Virus record (IMG/VR): IMGVR_UViG_3300032272_000725
Coordinates: 1-31,144 of that record
Length of the DNA: 31,144 nt
From: a virus
Lineage: Duplodnaviria > Caudoviricetes
Strand: one strand, 5' to 3'
Both the position numbers and the translations under genes were made by a program. Positions within the stretch are counted from its first letter, which is position 1; each line of letters begins with the position of its first letter. Positions 1 through 8,672 of this stretch are shown here, piece after piece. The notes under the pieces are model-generated. The model was not told the DNA's origin. It worked only from the letters and a program-made list of their open reading frames with translations, and did not search any database.

Positions 1-25
1 AACTGAAACATAATAGGGGGCCGCG

Positions 26-331
26 ATGCCGTTAATCGAAAAAGAACAGCTATCGATAGTTTATGCAAATCCAGAAACGGGAAATGTTACTTTTAGCAAA
101 ACAACAATCATCGAGCGCGATGGAGTAGAAATATCCAGGACAAAAAACCACACGAAAACAATATCAGTTTTGCACGATCTCGATAAAGAACCGGAGCTAG
201 TAAGAAACATGGCTTTACTGGTACGGACGCCAGAACTAATCGCGACGGAAAAAAAGCGCCAGGACGATCAGATGGCGCAGGATTTAAAAGACCGCGACGC
301 GCATGACAAGAGAATAGCTGAAAAGAAATAA
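26..331 (+). CDS. Small phage protein typically found beside tail-fibre genes
   Basis: 101-aa ORF with G-rich RBS; TIIERDGVEISR motif resembles small tail-associated proteins; abuts the next gene. Confidence 0.6.
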   Translation: MPLIEKEQLSIVYANPETGNVTFSKTTIIERDGVEISRTKNHTKTISVLHDLDKEPELVRNMALLVRTPELIATEKKRQDDQMAQDLKDRDAHDKRIAEKK

Positions 332-1222
332 ATGGCCTTTGAAGGACAAGCATATAGCGTCGGGGAAATTCTGGCGGCGGCAAAGCTTAACCAGATGGAT
401 GCGAATATCGATCTGGTTCGGAATAACCATGTCGGGTCTTCGGCTCCGGCAGAACTGGCGGCTGGCGTTATGTGGATCGACAACACGACAGCGGCGGCAT
501 GGGTTCTAAAAGTTTATGATGGCGCGGCCTGGATAACTTTAGGCGTTATAAATTCAACAGCAAATACCGCGATGGCCGGAATGATGAATGTTCAAACATT
601 TACCGCCAGCGGGACATACACGCCGACGCCTGGCATGTTGAATTGTTTGGTTGAAATGGTAGGCGGCGGTGGCGGAAGTGGCGGGAATCCGTCAACGTCC
701 AGTAACCAAACTTGCGCGGCCGGTGGTGGTGGTGGTGGTGGTTATGCGCGCGAGCTTTTATCCGCGTCCGATATTGGTGCTAGTCAAGTCGTTACGATTG
801 GCGCAGGCGGCGCAGGCGGCGCGGCAGGGCAAAATAATGGATCATCCGGCGGGACTACTTCATTGGGGGCGCTTTTGACCGCTACCGGCGGCGGTGGTGG
901 AAATGCTATGGCGGCTACCTCAAGTGGCGCCACTAATTCAGCTAACGGGGGTTCTCCGGGATCGGGCAGCGGCGGCGATATCAGTATTTATGGATCTGGC
1001 GGCGGTAATAGTTACGCGGATGGGGTTAATGAATCATGGGGCGGGTATGGTGGCGCTTCTTTTTTCAGTGGAACAAGGCGATCACTCAGCGCGGCTTCCG
1101 TTGCGTCCGCCGGGCGGGATTACGGTGGCGGCGCGGCCGGGCCTTCATCAAATCAGAATGACGCAGCAAGAGCAGGTGAAGCCGGGGCGGATGGTTTCAT
1201 TATAATCACGGAATATTTCTGA
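332..1222 (+). CDS. Glycine-rich tail fibre / virion protein
   Basis: N-terminal fibre-like segment (GVMWID...LKVYDGAAW) followed by a Gly-rich domain (QTFTASGTYTPT...VGGGGGSG...GADGFIIITEY). Confidence 0.75.
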   Translation: MAFEGQAYSVGEILAAAKLNQMDANIDLVRNNHVGSSAPAELAAGVMWIDNTTAAAWVLKVYDGAAWITLGVINSTANTAMAGMMNVQTFTASGTYTPTPGMLNCLVEMVGGGGGSGGNPSTSSNQTCAAGGGGGGGYARELLSASDIGASQVVTIGAGGAGGAAGQNNGSSGGTTSLGALLTATGGGGGNAMAATSSGATNSANGGSPGSGSGGDISIYGSGGGNSYADGVNESWGGYGGASFFSGTRRSLSAASVASAGRDYGGGAAGPSSNQNDAARAGEAGADGFIIITEYF

Positions 1223-1223
1223 C

Positions 1224-1457
1224 ATGAAAGCATTGATTGACCACAGAAATGGCCGTGTTTGCCAGATTGAACAAGATGAAGACGTGTTCCCGGTAGACCC
1301 GCGGGGTTTTCATTGGGTTGAATGTGATGACACGATAACAACCGATCATGAGTTCGTAATTAAAAAGCTTGAAAAGGAAACCGATGATGTCAAGCGAAAG
1401 AAAATCAAAAAGATAACCGGCGATTTCGTTATTGATCGAGCGGAAAAAGAAATTTGA
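1224..1457 (+). CDS. Hypothetical protein, possible tail-fibre assembly/accessory factor
   Basis: 77-aa ORF starting 1 nt after the fibre gene; FPV...FHWVEC motif. Confidence 0.55.
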   Translation: MKALIDHRNGRVCQIEQDEDVFPVDPRGFHWVECDDTITTDHEFVIKKLEKETDDVKRKKIKKITGDFVIDRAEKEI

Positions 1458-1588
1458 AGCAAAAAACAGCGCATAAGTTTCATTTTATCGGTCACTTTGT
1501 CACCATTTTAGGTTAGAAGATTTCGCAGTAACTACTCCCACCGGCGCCTTGTAGTATTCTCTTTGTTAAAATAAACCGGAGAATAATA

Positions 1589-1912
1589 ATGGAACCTGGT
1601 GTAACCGACCTCGGCGTCGCGCTTTTAGTTATCTTGCTTCTAATACGTGACGTCATAGTTCCGTTAATAAAAAAGAAAACCGATCATAAGGCCGACGACC
1701 CAATGCAGCAGGCAGTCGTATCAATGGCGGCCACCTCTAAAACTCTCGCGGTCGTCCTGGATAAGATGTCCCAGGAGGTTGGTGATCTTCATGATTGGCA
1801 TGCCCCGAACGGCGACGGCATACAGCCATGGAAGGGCGCCACCATGCAAGTTCAACTTAATCACATCGAGCGAAAGATTACTGATCTGGCTCAAGGAAAG
1901 ACGCCGAAATGA
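1589..1912 (+). CDS. Putative holin / membrane protein
   Basis: GGAG RBS; N-terminal TM (LGVALLVILLLI); ATGA overlap with the endolysin. Confidence 0.55.
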   Translation: MEPGVTDLGVALLVILLLIRDVIVPLIKKKTDHKADDPMQQAVVSMAATSKTLAVVLDKMSQEVGDLHDWHAPNGDGIQPWKGATMQVQLNHIERKITDLAQGKTPK

Positions 1913-2403
1913 ACCATTTCAGATTATCGACCCGTTCCCTCAATCGCCTGGACGGCGTCCATAAAGACCTGGTCATAGTTGTCAAGCGGGCCATCCAGCT
2001 TACCACCATCGATTTTGGTATTAGCGAGGGCGTCCGAACCGAGCACCGGCAAAAGGCCCTGGTCAAAGCTGGCAAGTCCTGGACGATGAAGTCCCGGCAT
2101 ATACCCCTCAACGGTGTGAGCCATGCCATTGACGTGGTCGCAATGTTTCAAGGCAAGGCCTCCTGGGATATGGAGGATTATGCGGGGATTGCCCTGGCTA
2201 TGCGTAAGGCCGCGGACGAGCATGAGATAAACATAACGTGGGGCGCGGTATGGGATAGGCGCCTGCGGGAACTGACGCTGGAGGATGGTAGTTTTAACGA
2301 CGACATCGATGCTTACGTTACCCGGTTCAAAGCAAAACATGGACGGCGGCCTAAACTGGATGGCCCACACTTCCAATTAACCTGGGAGGAATATCCCGCA
2401 TGA
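1909..2403 (+). CDS. Endolysin, peptidase M15 family (L-Ala-D-Glu peptidase-like)
   Basis: Zn-peptidase motifs EGVRT, SRH...HAIDV and DGPHFQL. Confidence 0.92.
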   Translation: MNHFRLSTRSLNRLDGVHKDLVIVVKRAIQLTTIDFGISEGVRTEHRQKALVKAGKSWTMKSRHIPLNGVSHAIDVVAMFQGKASWDMEDYAGIALAMRKAADEHEINITWGAVWDRRLRELTLEDGSFNDDIDAYVTRFKAKHGRRPKLDGPHFQLTWEEYPA

Positions 2404-3059
2404 AGCTCTTGATCACTCTGGTTCTCTCCCTGTTGATCATCCCGGCGGTGTTTGCCGGTGATATCCAGCAGGCCTTAATCGAACATTATTCCGCGGATTA
2501 TTCCGAGCAGATAAAGCAGGCCTATACCGACCTCGGTCTCGGGTGGTTTATGGCTATTCTGTTCGGCCCCTTGATTTGCGGGGTCACGATGACCATCACG
2601 ACCATCATGGGCATCCGTCGACAGAACCGGCAAGAAAAAAAGCTGCCGATTGAACCCGGTAAACTTCGGAAGATAACTAACCGGGAGGGGCGCAAGTGGG
2701 GTATCGGTTCTATTTTGCTCCTGCAGGGCGTCGCGGCCCGGATAACGACCATGCCGTTTATGATTGAACTCGTGGTATTAGGTTTATTTACAGGCCCTAT
2801 CTCGACACGTGCTTACGAGCTGCTGCGCCTGGTAGCTAAGATGGGCATGGCGGGCGATGGCCCCTGGTCAAAACGCTGGCAAGTCCTGGACGACTGGCTG
2901 GCCGTTCGTCACGATAAGGCCCTGGGTCACTTGGTGCCGGTTGACGATGAAGGCAACGAGATTCCGGTCACCGTCTTCATGGGTTCCCCTGGAACGATAT
3001 GCCCGACCTGCCACCAGAAGCTCGACGACGAAACCATTCCCAGACATGGTTCCCCTTAA
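2400..3059 (+). CDS. Multi-pass membrane protein in the lysis cassette
   Basis: Signal-peptide-like N-terminus (AVFA), several hydrophobic segments, C-terminal CPTC; ATGA overlap with the endolysin. Confidence 0.65.
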   Translation: MKLLITLVLSLLIIPAVFAGDIQQALIEHYSADYSEQIKQAYTDLGLGWFMAILFGPLICGVTMTITTIMGIRRQNRQEKKLPIEPGKLRKITNREGRKWGIGSILLLQGVAARITTMPFMIELVVLGLFTGPISTRAYELLRLVAKMGMAGDGPWSKRWQVLDDWLAVRHDKALGHLVPVDDEGNEIPVTVFMGSPGTICPTCHQKLDDETIPRHGSP

Positions 3060-3516
3060 ACGCCAGGCCGGGTTCGGCACCTCGTTAATTATTTATGCCG
3101 TATTGATCGCCGGAGCAGCTGCAGGTGTTTATGCGGTCGTGCACACGTATAACTCGGCGATTGAAAAAGCTGCTGAAATGGAAAAGCAACGGGACATCGC
3201 GTTCGCCCAGGTTGTCCAGGCAGAAAAGGATAAGGAAATTTTAAAGGCCCGCGGGGAAGCTGCGGCGATTAGACACCAGGCAGAACTTGAGCGCCTGGCC
3301 GGGCAGCATGAAAATCAGATGGAGAACCGTGACCGGGCCGACCGGGCCACGAGTAAAGCTTCGGAGGATAAGATCGCCGCGACCCTGCAGCGTGACCACG
3401 AAAAATATGCGGGCTTTATTAACAAGGCTCTGCCCCGTAACCTGGAGGCCCTTGAATGCCGATCAGACTTGAGAACCGTTAATGATGAAAAGCGCTGCCC
3501 TATTACTATCCATTAG
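3046..3516 (+). CDS. i-spanin (Rz-like)
   Basis: Start re-assigned to ATG 3046 (MVPLKRQAGFG); N-terminal TM then Ala/Glu/Lys-rich coiled coil; overlaps a lipoprotein gene. Confidence 0.75.
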   Translation: MVPLKRQAGFGTSLIIYAVLIAGAAAGVYAVVHTYNSAIEKAAEMEKQRDIAFAQVVQAEKDKEILKARGEAAAIRHQAELERLAGQHENQMENRDRADRATSKASEDKIAATLQRDHEKYAGFINKALPRNLEALECRSDLRTVNDEKRCPITIH

Positions 3517-3826
3517 CATCCTCCTGGCTGGATGCGGGTTTTCCAAAATGGCCATCCCTGACCTGGCGCCGACCGAGTCCTGGACGCATGAAGACTTTGA
3601 TTTAGATTCTGTCCTGGTGCCTCCCAGGTTAAAACTGCAGAGGCCGGACTTTATAAAAGCGAACCCGGATGGCTTTACGTTGACGCCGGGCCAGTGGAGA
3701 GCGGTGGTTGCCTGGTTCCAGGAGTTTGATCGCTACCTGCGCGACCTGGGCGAAACCTGGAAGTCGTTGATTGAAGCTACCGAGGAACATAACCGGGAGC
3801 ACCGGCCCCCGGATGATTTAGAGTAA
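3482..3826 (+). CDS. o-spanin lipoprotein (Rz1-like)
   Basis: Lipobox LLAGC, Pro-rich mature region, overlaps the 3' end of the i-spanin. Confidence 0.75.
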   Translation: MMKSAALLLSISILLAGCGFSKMAIPDLAPTESWTHEDFDLDSVLVPPRLKLQRPDFIKANPDGFTLTPGQWRAVVAWFQEFDRYLRDLGETWKSLIEATEEHNREHRPPDDLE

Positions 3827-4561
3827 ATCTATCTGCGGTGGCGCAGTCCATTCAAAAGGCGAGTTATATTGCTCAATGCGGTCGGCGATTATACATGCTC
3901 GCTGCGCCGCGGTGACCGGCGTATATATTCCGAAGCGGGAAATTGATCCGGCATTGACGCCGGCGTTCGTTGAGTCTGCGGAGTAAAGAGGAAGGTGTTG
4001 GAATACATCCGGCGATAGCATTCGCAGGCCATGAACCCGGCATCGGGGCCGACCATTCTGATCGCAAACGACCTGCATTACTTCTGACATCCGTCGCCAC
4101 CACCTTACCGCTCCTGGCGTGGGCCATTCACCGGACGACCCTATAGCTATCATATTCCAGTCGGCAACGAGTTCGGCTAAATATTCCAGGGGTTCATGCA
4201 TGTGGTAAACCGGGACGCCGACGACTGATGGGGCGGCCCGTAACCACTGCACCAGGAGGTCGGCGTTCTGATCGACCGTTCCCCCAATTACATCCGGTAT
4301 CACCGCAAAGTCGACGCAGTGGCCGAGGGACGAAGCCCATGCCATATAAGCAGGCACGTCTATTTCGCCTCCTTTTTTCCAGTTTGTAAATGCACCGTTA
4401 TCCAGGGCGATCGATTGACAACATTCAAGAGCTATCTGCAGGTCGTCCTGGTCTGCGAATGATACGAATGCATGACGCCCGGTATAAAAGCGGGATTTAT
4501 ATTGTGACCCGCCACCGTTCGATATAGGTGTGCCGTGATAATGGATCAATGCTCGCCGCAT
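3818..4561 (-). CDS. tRNA-guanine transglycosylase-like (DpdA/TGT-fold) protein
   Basis: LDNGAF (cf. TGT DSGGF/DSGAF), PDVIGG, PVYH, HGLR and SADST motifs; true start may be TTG at 4549, overlapping the upstream stop. Confidence 0.7.
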   Translation of the reverse strand: MRRALIHYHGTPISNGGGSQYKSRFYTGRHAFVSFADQDDLQIALECCQSIALDNGAFTNWKKGGEIDVPAYMAWASSLGHCVDFAVIPDVIGGTVDQNADLLVQWLRAAPSVVGVPVYHMHEPLEYLAELVADWNMIAIGSSGEWPTPGAVRWWRRMSEVMQVVCDQNGRPRCRVHGLRMLSPDVFQHLPLYSADSTNAGVNAGSISRFGIYTPVTAAQRACIIADRIEQYNSPFEWTAPPQIDLL

Positions 4562-4989
4562 CCTATTCCAGTTCGACTGCTGTCGCCGTCCTGATGGAAA
4601 TTAGTAAACTGTTTCCAATGGCGCCAGCCTTTCGGGCAATGGAATCCCCATTCGCGTATCACCGGCCCTGTGATGAATAACGTATAAGCAACGCTCGTTA
4701 TTAGTTCCAGTCGGTGCGCGTACCTGGCAGATCTAAATCGAAGCTCGGTGAACCGTTCAACTATTCTCACGTCGCCTCGCTGATCCCATTCGGCCAGTTT
4801 CCCTTTAAGCAGAACAGATAACGAATACCAGGGATGGTCGTGCAACGCTTCGTCGGCATCGTCCCCGGTATATTCGTGCAGGTAAATATTGAGAAAGCGG
4901 TTGCGCGGTATTAAATACCACCGCGAGAGATAGCGTTCGCCGATCACTAAATCGGCGGGCCTCGATGGGAATTGAATCAGCTTATCCAT
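4546..4989 (-). CDS. Cupin-fold (cysteine dioxygenase-like) phage protein
   Basis: YLH...LHDHPW...LKG...E, AHRLEL, TLFITGP...WGF motifs. Confidence 0.75.
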   Translation of the reverse strand: MDKLIQFPSRPADLVIGERYLSRWYLIPRNRFLNIYLHEYTGDDADEALHDHPWYSLSVLLKGKLAEWDQRGDVRIVERFTELRFRSARYAHRLELITSVAYTLFITGPVIREWGFHCPKGWRHWKQFTNFHQDGDSSRTGIGCGEH

Positions 4990-5389
4990 GGGCCTGCGAT
5001 CCCTCGGCGTATTCGCCGCGGTACATCCACCCGCCTGTCACTTGTTTGATCTTTATTGTCTCTCCCTCGTACCTGACACGCTTACCTCGGAACGTCCACA
5101 CCAACCAGTGAACGTCGACCTGGTTTGATAAGAACAGCCATCCTTTGCGCGTGATAATCCAGTCGCCTCCTTTGCCGCGGGTATCGCCATCCCGAACCTT
5201 TTCGATCAATTCCCAATATCGGAGTTTTTGAAAGTTCGCTCGCTGATTCGCGTTCATATAATCGGCGGGGTTAAAACTCCTCTCCCCGGCCTTGGCGGCC
5301 AGAGCCAGGCATCGCGCTAAACTCTTGCTCATCGTGTGCCGGTATTCTTTAGTGGTCGCTCCGCAGTGCGGACATTTATTATCTTCCAT
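4982..5389 (-). CDS. Hypothetical protein with CxxC and winged-helix-like region
   Basis: ATG 5389 with AGGAGG RBS; CPHCG; LRYWELIEK...WIITRKG pattern. Confidence 0.6.
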   Translation of the reverse strand: MEDNKCPHCGATTKEYRHTMSKSLARCLALAAKAGERSFNPADYMNANQRANFQKLRYWELIEKVRDGDTRGKGGDWIITRKGWLFLSNQVDVHWLVWTFRGKRVRYEGETIKIKQVTGGWMYRGEYAEGSQAHG

Positions 5390-5774
5390 TTTTTGTCCTC
5401 CTGGCTGCCCTTTTTTCAATTATCTCCTTGGGATAAATATAAGTCATTATGCTCCAGGTCTGCCCTCCATGCTCGCCGACCCTGGATACCGGCCAAACTA
5501 ATCCGCTTCGATTGTTATCCATGGCCATCGTCCCGTTGGTTACAATCCAGTGTCCGGTCAACTTGTTTTTGAAAAATAATTTATGCACCCGCCATTTTGT
5601 ATAGCCGGCCTCCTGCAGCCTGCGGTTTAACTCAATCGCCACGAACACGCAGTTCCCGTCGATATGGGCAAACTGCTGATTGACTTCCTTACTTAGTTCG
5701 GCCCATTCGCGCTCGTTGGCTTGCAGGTTTATCGATAATGCTAACAGCAGAATAATTGGTTTTATCTGGATCAT
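5379..5774 (-). CDS. Exported protein with transglutaminase/papain-like Cys-His-Asp motifs
   Basis: Signal peptide (IILLLALSINLQA); GNCVFVA, GHWIV and AMDN motifs. Confidence 0.55.
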   Translation of the reverse strand: MIQIKPIILLLALSINLQANEREWAELSKEVNQQFAHIDGNCVFVAIELNRRLQEAGYTKWRVHKLFFKNKLTGHWIVTNGTMAMDNNRSGLVWPVSRVGEHGGQTWSIMTYIYPKEIIEKRAARRTKNGR

Positions 5775-5935
5775 GATTTTTCCTCCGTTCGGTTGTTCCA
5801 GTTTGACACCCGGTTACAGGCGTCGCAATCAATACACTCGACCCCCTCGTGCTCACCATCATCGTCGAAGAACATTAGATCAATTCTTAAATTTTCACTC
5901 CCGCAAAACGGGCAGGGCAATAAATCAACGTCCAT
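5771..5935 (-). CDS. Lar-like (restriction alleviation) zinc-ribbon protein
   Basis: LLPCPFCG...VECIDC...WNNR; GGAGG RBS before ATG 5935. Confidence 0.75.
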   Translation of the reverse strand: MDVDLLPCPFCGSENLRIDLMFFDDDGEHEGVECIDCDACNRVSNWNNRTEEKS

Positions 5936-6494
5936 AATCATCCTCCAGTCGTTCAATGTGGTTTTCGTTGGTGTTACCAAGTTGCACCTCCATTAAAACG
6001 AGAGGCCCGGTTATCCGGTGAAGCGTCCCGCGGGGAACATGCACGACCTGTTTTGACATCGGTCGCCGGATAGCTTCATCACCTGGCATGGTGCCTGGCG
6101 TCACTATTTCGATGAATCCCGCTCCCTGGATATCGAACCAGAACTCGTCCCGGTCGCGGTGAAGCTGGAGACTAAACCTGTGTCCCTCGTTAATTGCCAG
6201 GCGTTTAATCTTCATGCCTGGACGGTCAACCAGAACCTCAAAGCTGCCCCATGGTTTTATTGTGATCGCCGGTTCCTGGTGCGCCTGGATAACCTCATCG
6301 ATCATCAGACGGATGCCTGGATGGATGGCGGTGCCAACTGCCCGTATCAGTTTCTCGTATGCCCTGCGGTGCGGTTCGCCGCAGAATGCCTGATTAGCCT
6401 TTTTAGTGACTAAAGTGTCCCCGCAGTACCGGCAAGCTATCTGATGCTCACTATTAGCCGCTGGCGGTTGATTCTGACTATTATTTACGTCCAT
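5925..6494 (-). CDS. Zn-finger fused to mannose-6-phosphate isomerase type II-like cupin
   Basis: N-terminal CRYCG...FC; C-terminal KPWGSFEVL, FSLQLH.DR.E.W, HRI, EVQLG, IERLEDDYGR. Confidence 0.8.
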   Translation of the reverse strand: MDVNNSQNQPPAANSEHQIACRYCGDTLVTKKANQAFCGEPHRRAYEKLIRAVGTAIHPGIRLMIDEVIQAHQEPAITIKPWGSFEVLVDRPGMKIKRLAINEGHRFSLQLHRDRDEFWFDIQGAGFIEIVTPGTMPGDEAIRRPMSKQVVHVPRGTLHRITGPLVLMEVQLGNTNENHIERLEDDYGR

Positions 6495-6906
6495 TATTAC
6501 CTCCTCTCTCGTTTTGAGTTTTACGCATCACGGTGACCAACATCGGCCAGATGCCATCATCATCGATGGCGAATTTCATATCGTTGTGCAGGTGCTTGCC
6601 GGTATCATCTATCAGACCGGCGTCCATAGCTTCGCGCATCATTCTAATGAGCCAGGCATTTAGGCCCTCGCCCTTATGCCGGGTGCGCCGGTAGATGTCG
6701 AAGCAGAACAGCGAGGCCCGGTCAATAGCGTGTCCACTAATATCGGCGTCCGGCGTCACCGTTCCCCGGCGTTCCAGTTCGGCCTGCGCGATGCCTTTAT
6801 GTGTGTGGTCGGTGTTGACCATCCATTTCAAATAGGAAACCGGGACGCGGGTATACAGCGTCCCTTGATGCCTGCCGAAGTCGATAACCAGGTGGTGGGT
6901 CTTCAT
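6481..6906 (-). CDS. Protein with N-terminal DUF3820/exonuclease X C-terminal-like domain
   Basis: IDFGRHQG...VPVSYLKW motif; second domain with ISGHAIDR. Confidence 0.7.
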   Translation of the reverse strand: MKTHHLVIDFGRHQGTLYTRVPVSYLKWMVNTDHTHKGIAQAELERRGTVTPDADISGHAIDRASLFCFDIYRRTRHKGEGLNAWLIRMMREAMDAGLIDDTGKHLHNDMKFAIDDDGIWPMLVTVMRKTQNERGGNNGRK

Positions 6907-7334
6907 TGCCCTCGCTCCTTTTGCGAGGCCTCGGCCCGGCTTACCAGCTCGGAGGATGATTGAATTTTGTCGCCATAGTGGAGCAGCTCTATATTCAGTC
7001 GCCGGCAGATATCGGCCTCCGGAATATTCCCCTCGTTTCGATCACCGCCATTCAGAAAAACATCTATTTCATGGCAGTATCTCATCAAGGTATAGCGAAC
7101 CGTCATATCAACGTCCAGCACCCGAATCACTTCGTCGACGCAATATAAGGCGTTTACTATTTCATACCGCTCAACGTATGGCATGAAAACATATCCCTTT
7201 TTTTCAATTAAAAATTCATCTGTATTCAATAGCACCACCACGCGCCCGAGTTCTTTTGCGTGTTGGAGCATTGCTAGATGCCCGATGTGCAGGGGGTCGA
7301 AACCCCCCGACACCGCAATAACCTTTCCGGGCAT
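6903..7334 (-). CDS. Cytidylyltransferase (HIGH nucleotidyltransferase, TagD/RfaE-like)
   Basis: SGGFDPLHIGH, NGGDR, KIQSSS motifs; ATG 7334 overlaps the upstream TAA. Confidence 0.88.
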   Translation of the reverse strand: MPGKVIAVSGGFDPLHIGHLAMLQHAKELGRVVVLLNTDEFLIEKKGYVFMPYVERYEIVNALYCVDEVIRVLDVDMTVRYTLMRYCHEIDVFLNGGDRNEGNIPEADICRRLNIELLHYGDKIQSSSELVSRAEASQKERGQ

Positions 7335-8035
7335 TATCTTTTGCTGACCGTGGTGGTGTCTTTCACTAGGCGGCAACCCGGAACCTTGAACGTGTCTTTC
7401 TGCGACCGGGCGATTGCATTTAGCGCGGTCATGTTCACGGTGATCAGTTCCATGGATAGCGTCCCATCAACAACTGCCTCCAGTAGCGTCAATTTATCCG
7501 CTACCTGCGCGGCGTAAGTCGTTCGCATCGTGGAGTTTGCCGTCTGCTTTACCGGCGCCGGGGCAGTGGGTTCATGCTGAACAAATTCCTGCTCCTGGCG
7601 TAAGGCCTCTGCCTTTTCTTCCTGCCCTTTTTCTTCGGCCTTGGCGGCTCGTTTTTCTAGGCGCTCTCTTTCCTTACGGGCTTTCTCGGCGGCCTCGGCC
7701 TCGGCTTTAAGTCGTTTGCGTTCCTGCTCGCGGTAGTAACCGACCATCTTCTGATCAAGTTCCTTGATCGCTTTATCCAGGTTGGTGATGTGCGGGTTAA
7801 ACCAGTCCATCAAGGTCTTTTTTGCTTTGTCCAGGGGCCGGGTCAATTCCATGCGCTCGTCGTTCAATTTCTTTTTATGATCTTTCATGGCCCTGATGAA
7901 CGCGCCTCCCTCCTCGTAAGTGGTTTCATCGGTCACGGATAAGGCCCTGGCCTGCCCGAGAGCACTTTCGGCGGCAGTGGCTTTTTCCTGTACGTCGGTC
8001 GGTATCGTTTCTACTACTTGCAATTGTGCTGACAT
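7334..8035 (-). CDS. Coiled-coil phage protein of the recombination module
   Basis: 233 aa, E/K/R/A-rich helix, C-terminal VPG motif; AGGAG RBS. Confidence 0.7.
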   Translation of the reverse strand: MSAQLQVVETIPTDVQEKATAAESALGQARALSVTDETTYEEGGAFIRAMKDHKKKLNDERMELTRPLDKAKKTLMDWFNPHITNLDKAIKELDQKMVGYYREQERKRLKAEAEAAEKARKERERLEKRAAKAEEKGQEEKAEALRQEQEFVQHEPTAPAPVKQTANSTMRTTYAAQVADKLTLLEAVVDGTLSMELITVNMTALNAIARSQKDTFKVPGCRLVKDTTTVSKR

Positions 8036-8055
8036 TATAAATCTCCTGTTAAGGT

Positions 8056-8616
8056 TTAAAGGTTGTGTGTGCGCCTCCAGCGCATCAAAGTCAGGGCCGA
8101 TATAAATACCGACCTATCCGTAAAACTTTTATGTAATTCGACTCGGTAGTTTCCCTCGGTCGTTATATGAACCGACAGGCGAGTAAACTTTTTGAGCTTG
8201 GTGGTGTTGACGATCAGTTCCTCATATCCCGCGGTCTGCAGGGCATAGGATGGAATAAAGGCCCCGGTCTTTACATCGGGCAGGATGCGCCCGAGCGCGG
8301 AGTCCCCGTAACTATCCGGAGTTCCGGCGTAACGCATTGTCCGGTGGTAAAGCGGCACCTCTACTTCGATCGGTTCGTAGTGGTAGTCATGACAAAACTG
8401 AATGTATCCGTCCAGGTATGCGGCGTATTCAGCAGGGAGGTCGGGGTCTTTGCCCGCATGAAAATCAGAAACGGCATTATGAATTGCGGTGCCGCGGATG
8501 CGCCCCTCCTCGGTATAGAAGTCAGAAGGGGAAAGAGGTTTCAGTATCTCGGTCACCGACTCAAGTCGTCGGTCGTCTAAAGTATAGGTGTGCGTCTCGG
8601 GGTCAAATGAAAACAT
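8056..8616 (-). CDS. PD-(D/E)XK exonuclease
   Basis: SVTEIL, GTAIH, YAGTPD, DVKTG, LQTAGY motifs. Confidence 0.88.
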   Translation of the reverse strand: MFSFDPETHTYTLDDRRLESVTEILKPLSPSDFYTEEGRIRGTAIHNAVSDFHAGKDPDLPAEYAAYLDGYIQFCHDYHYEPIEVEVPLYHRTMRYAGTPDSYGDSALGRILPDVKTGAFIPSYALQTAGYEELIVNTTKLKKFTRLSVHITTEGNYRVELHKSFTDRSVFISALTLMRWRRTHNL

Positions 8617-8631
8617 TGTTGCCTCCGGTTA

Positions 8632-8667
8632 TGTGACCGATCACAAGTTTCCCTGCGACCGGCCACA
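8632..8667 (-). other. Intergenic RNA hairpin (16-bp stem, GAAA tetraloop)
   Basis: Minus strand reads UGUGGCCGGUCGCAGG-GAAA-CUUGUGAUCGGUCACA; fully paired if G-U is allowed. Confidence 0.7.
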
Positions 8668-8672
8668 ACTGC

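Noticed and set aside
722-742. (GGT)7 tandem repeat
   Set aside because: Encodes a poly-Gly run within the Gly-rich fibre protein; not a separate repeat element
2857-3045. Upstream extension of the i-spanin ORF
   Set aside because: Lies inside the 2400-3059 gene and would bury the N-terminal TM; ATG 3046 preferred
8056-8616. Cas4-like nuclease as a sign of a CRISPR system
   Set aside because: No repeat-spacer array or other cas genes seen; context is a phage recombination module
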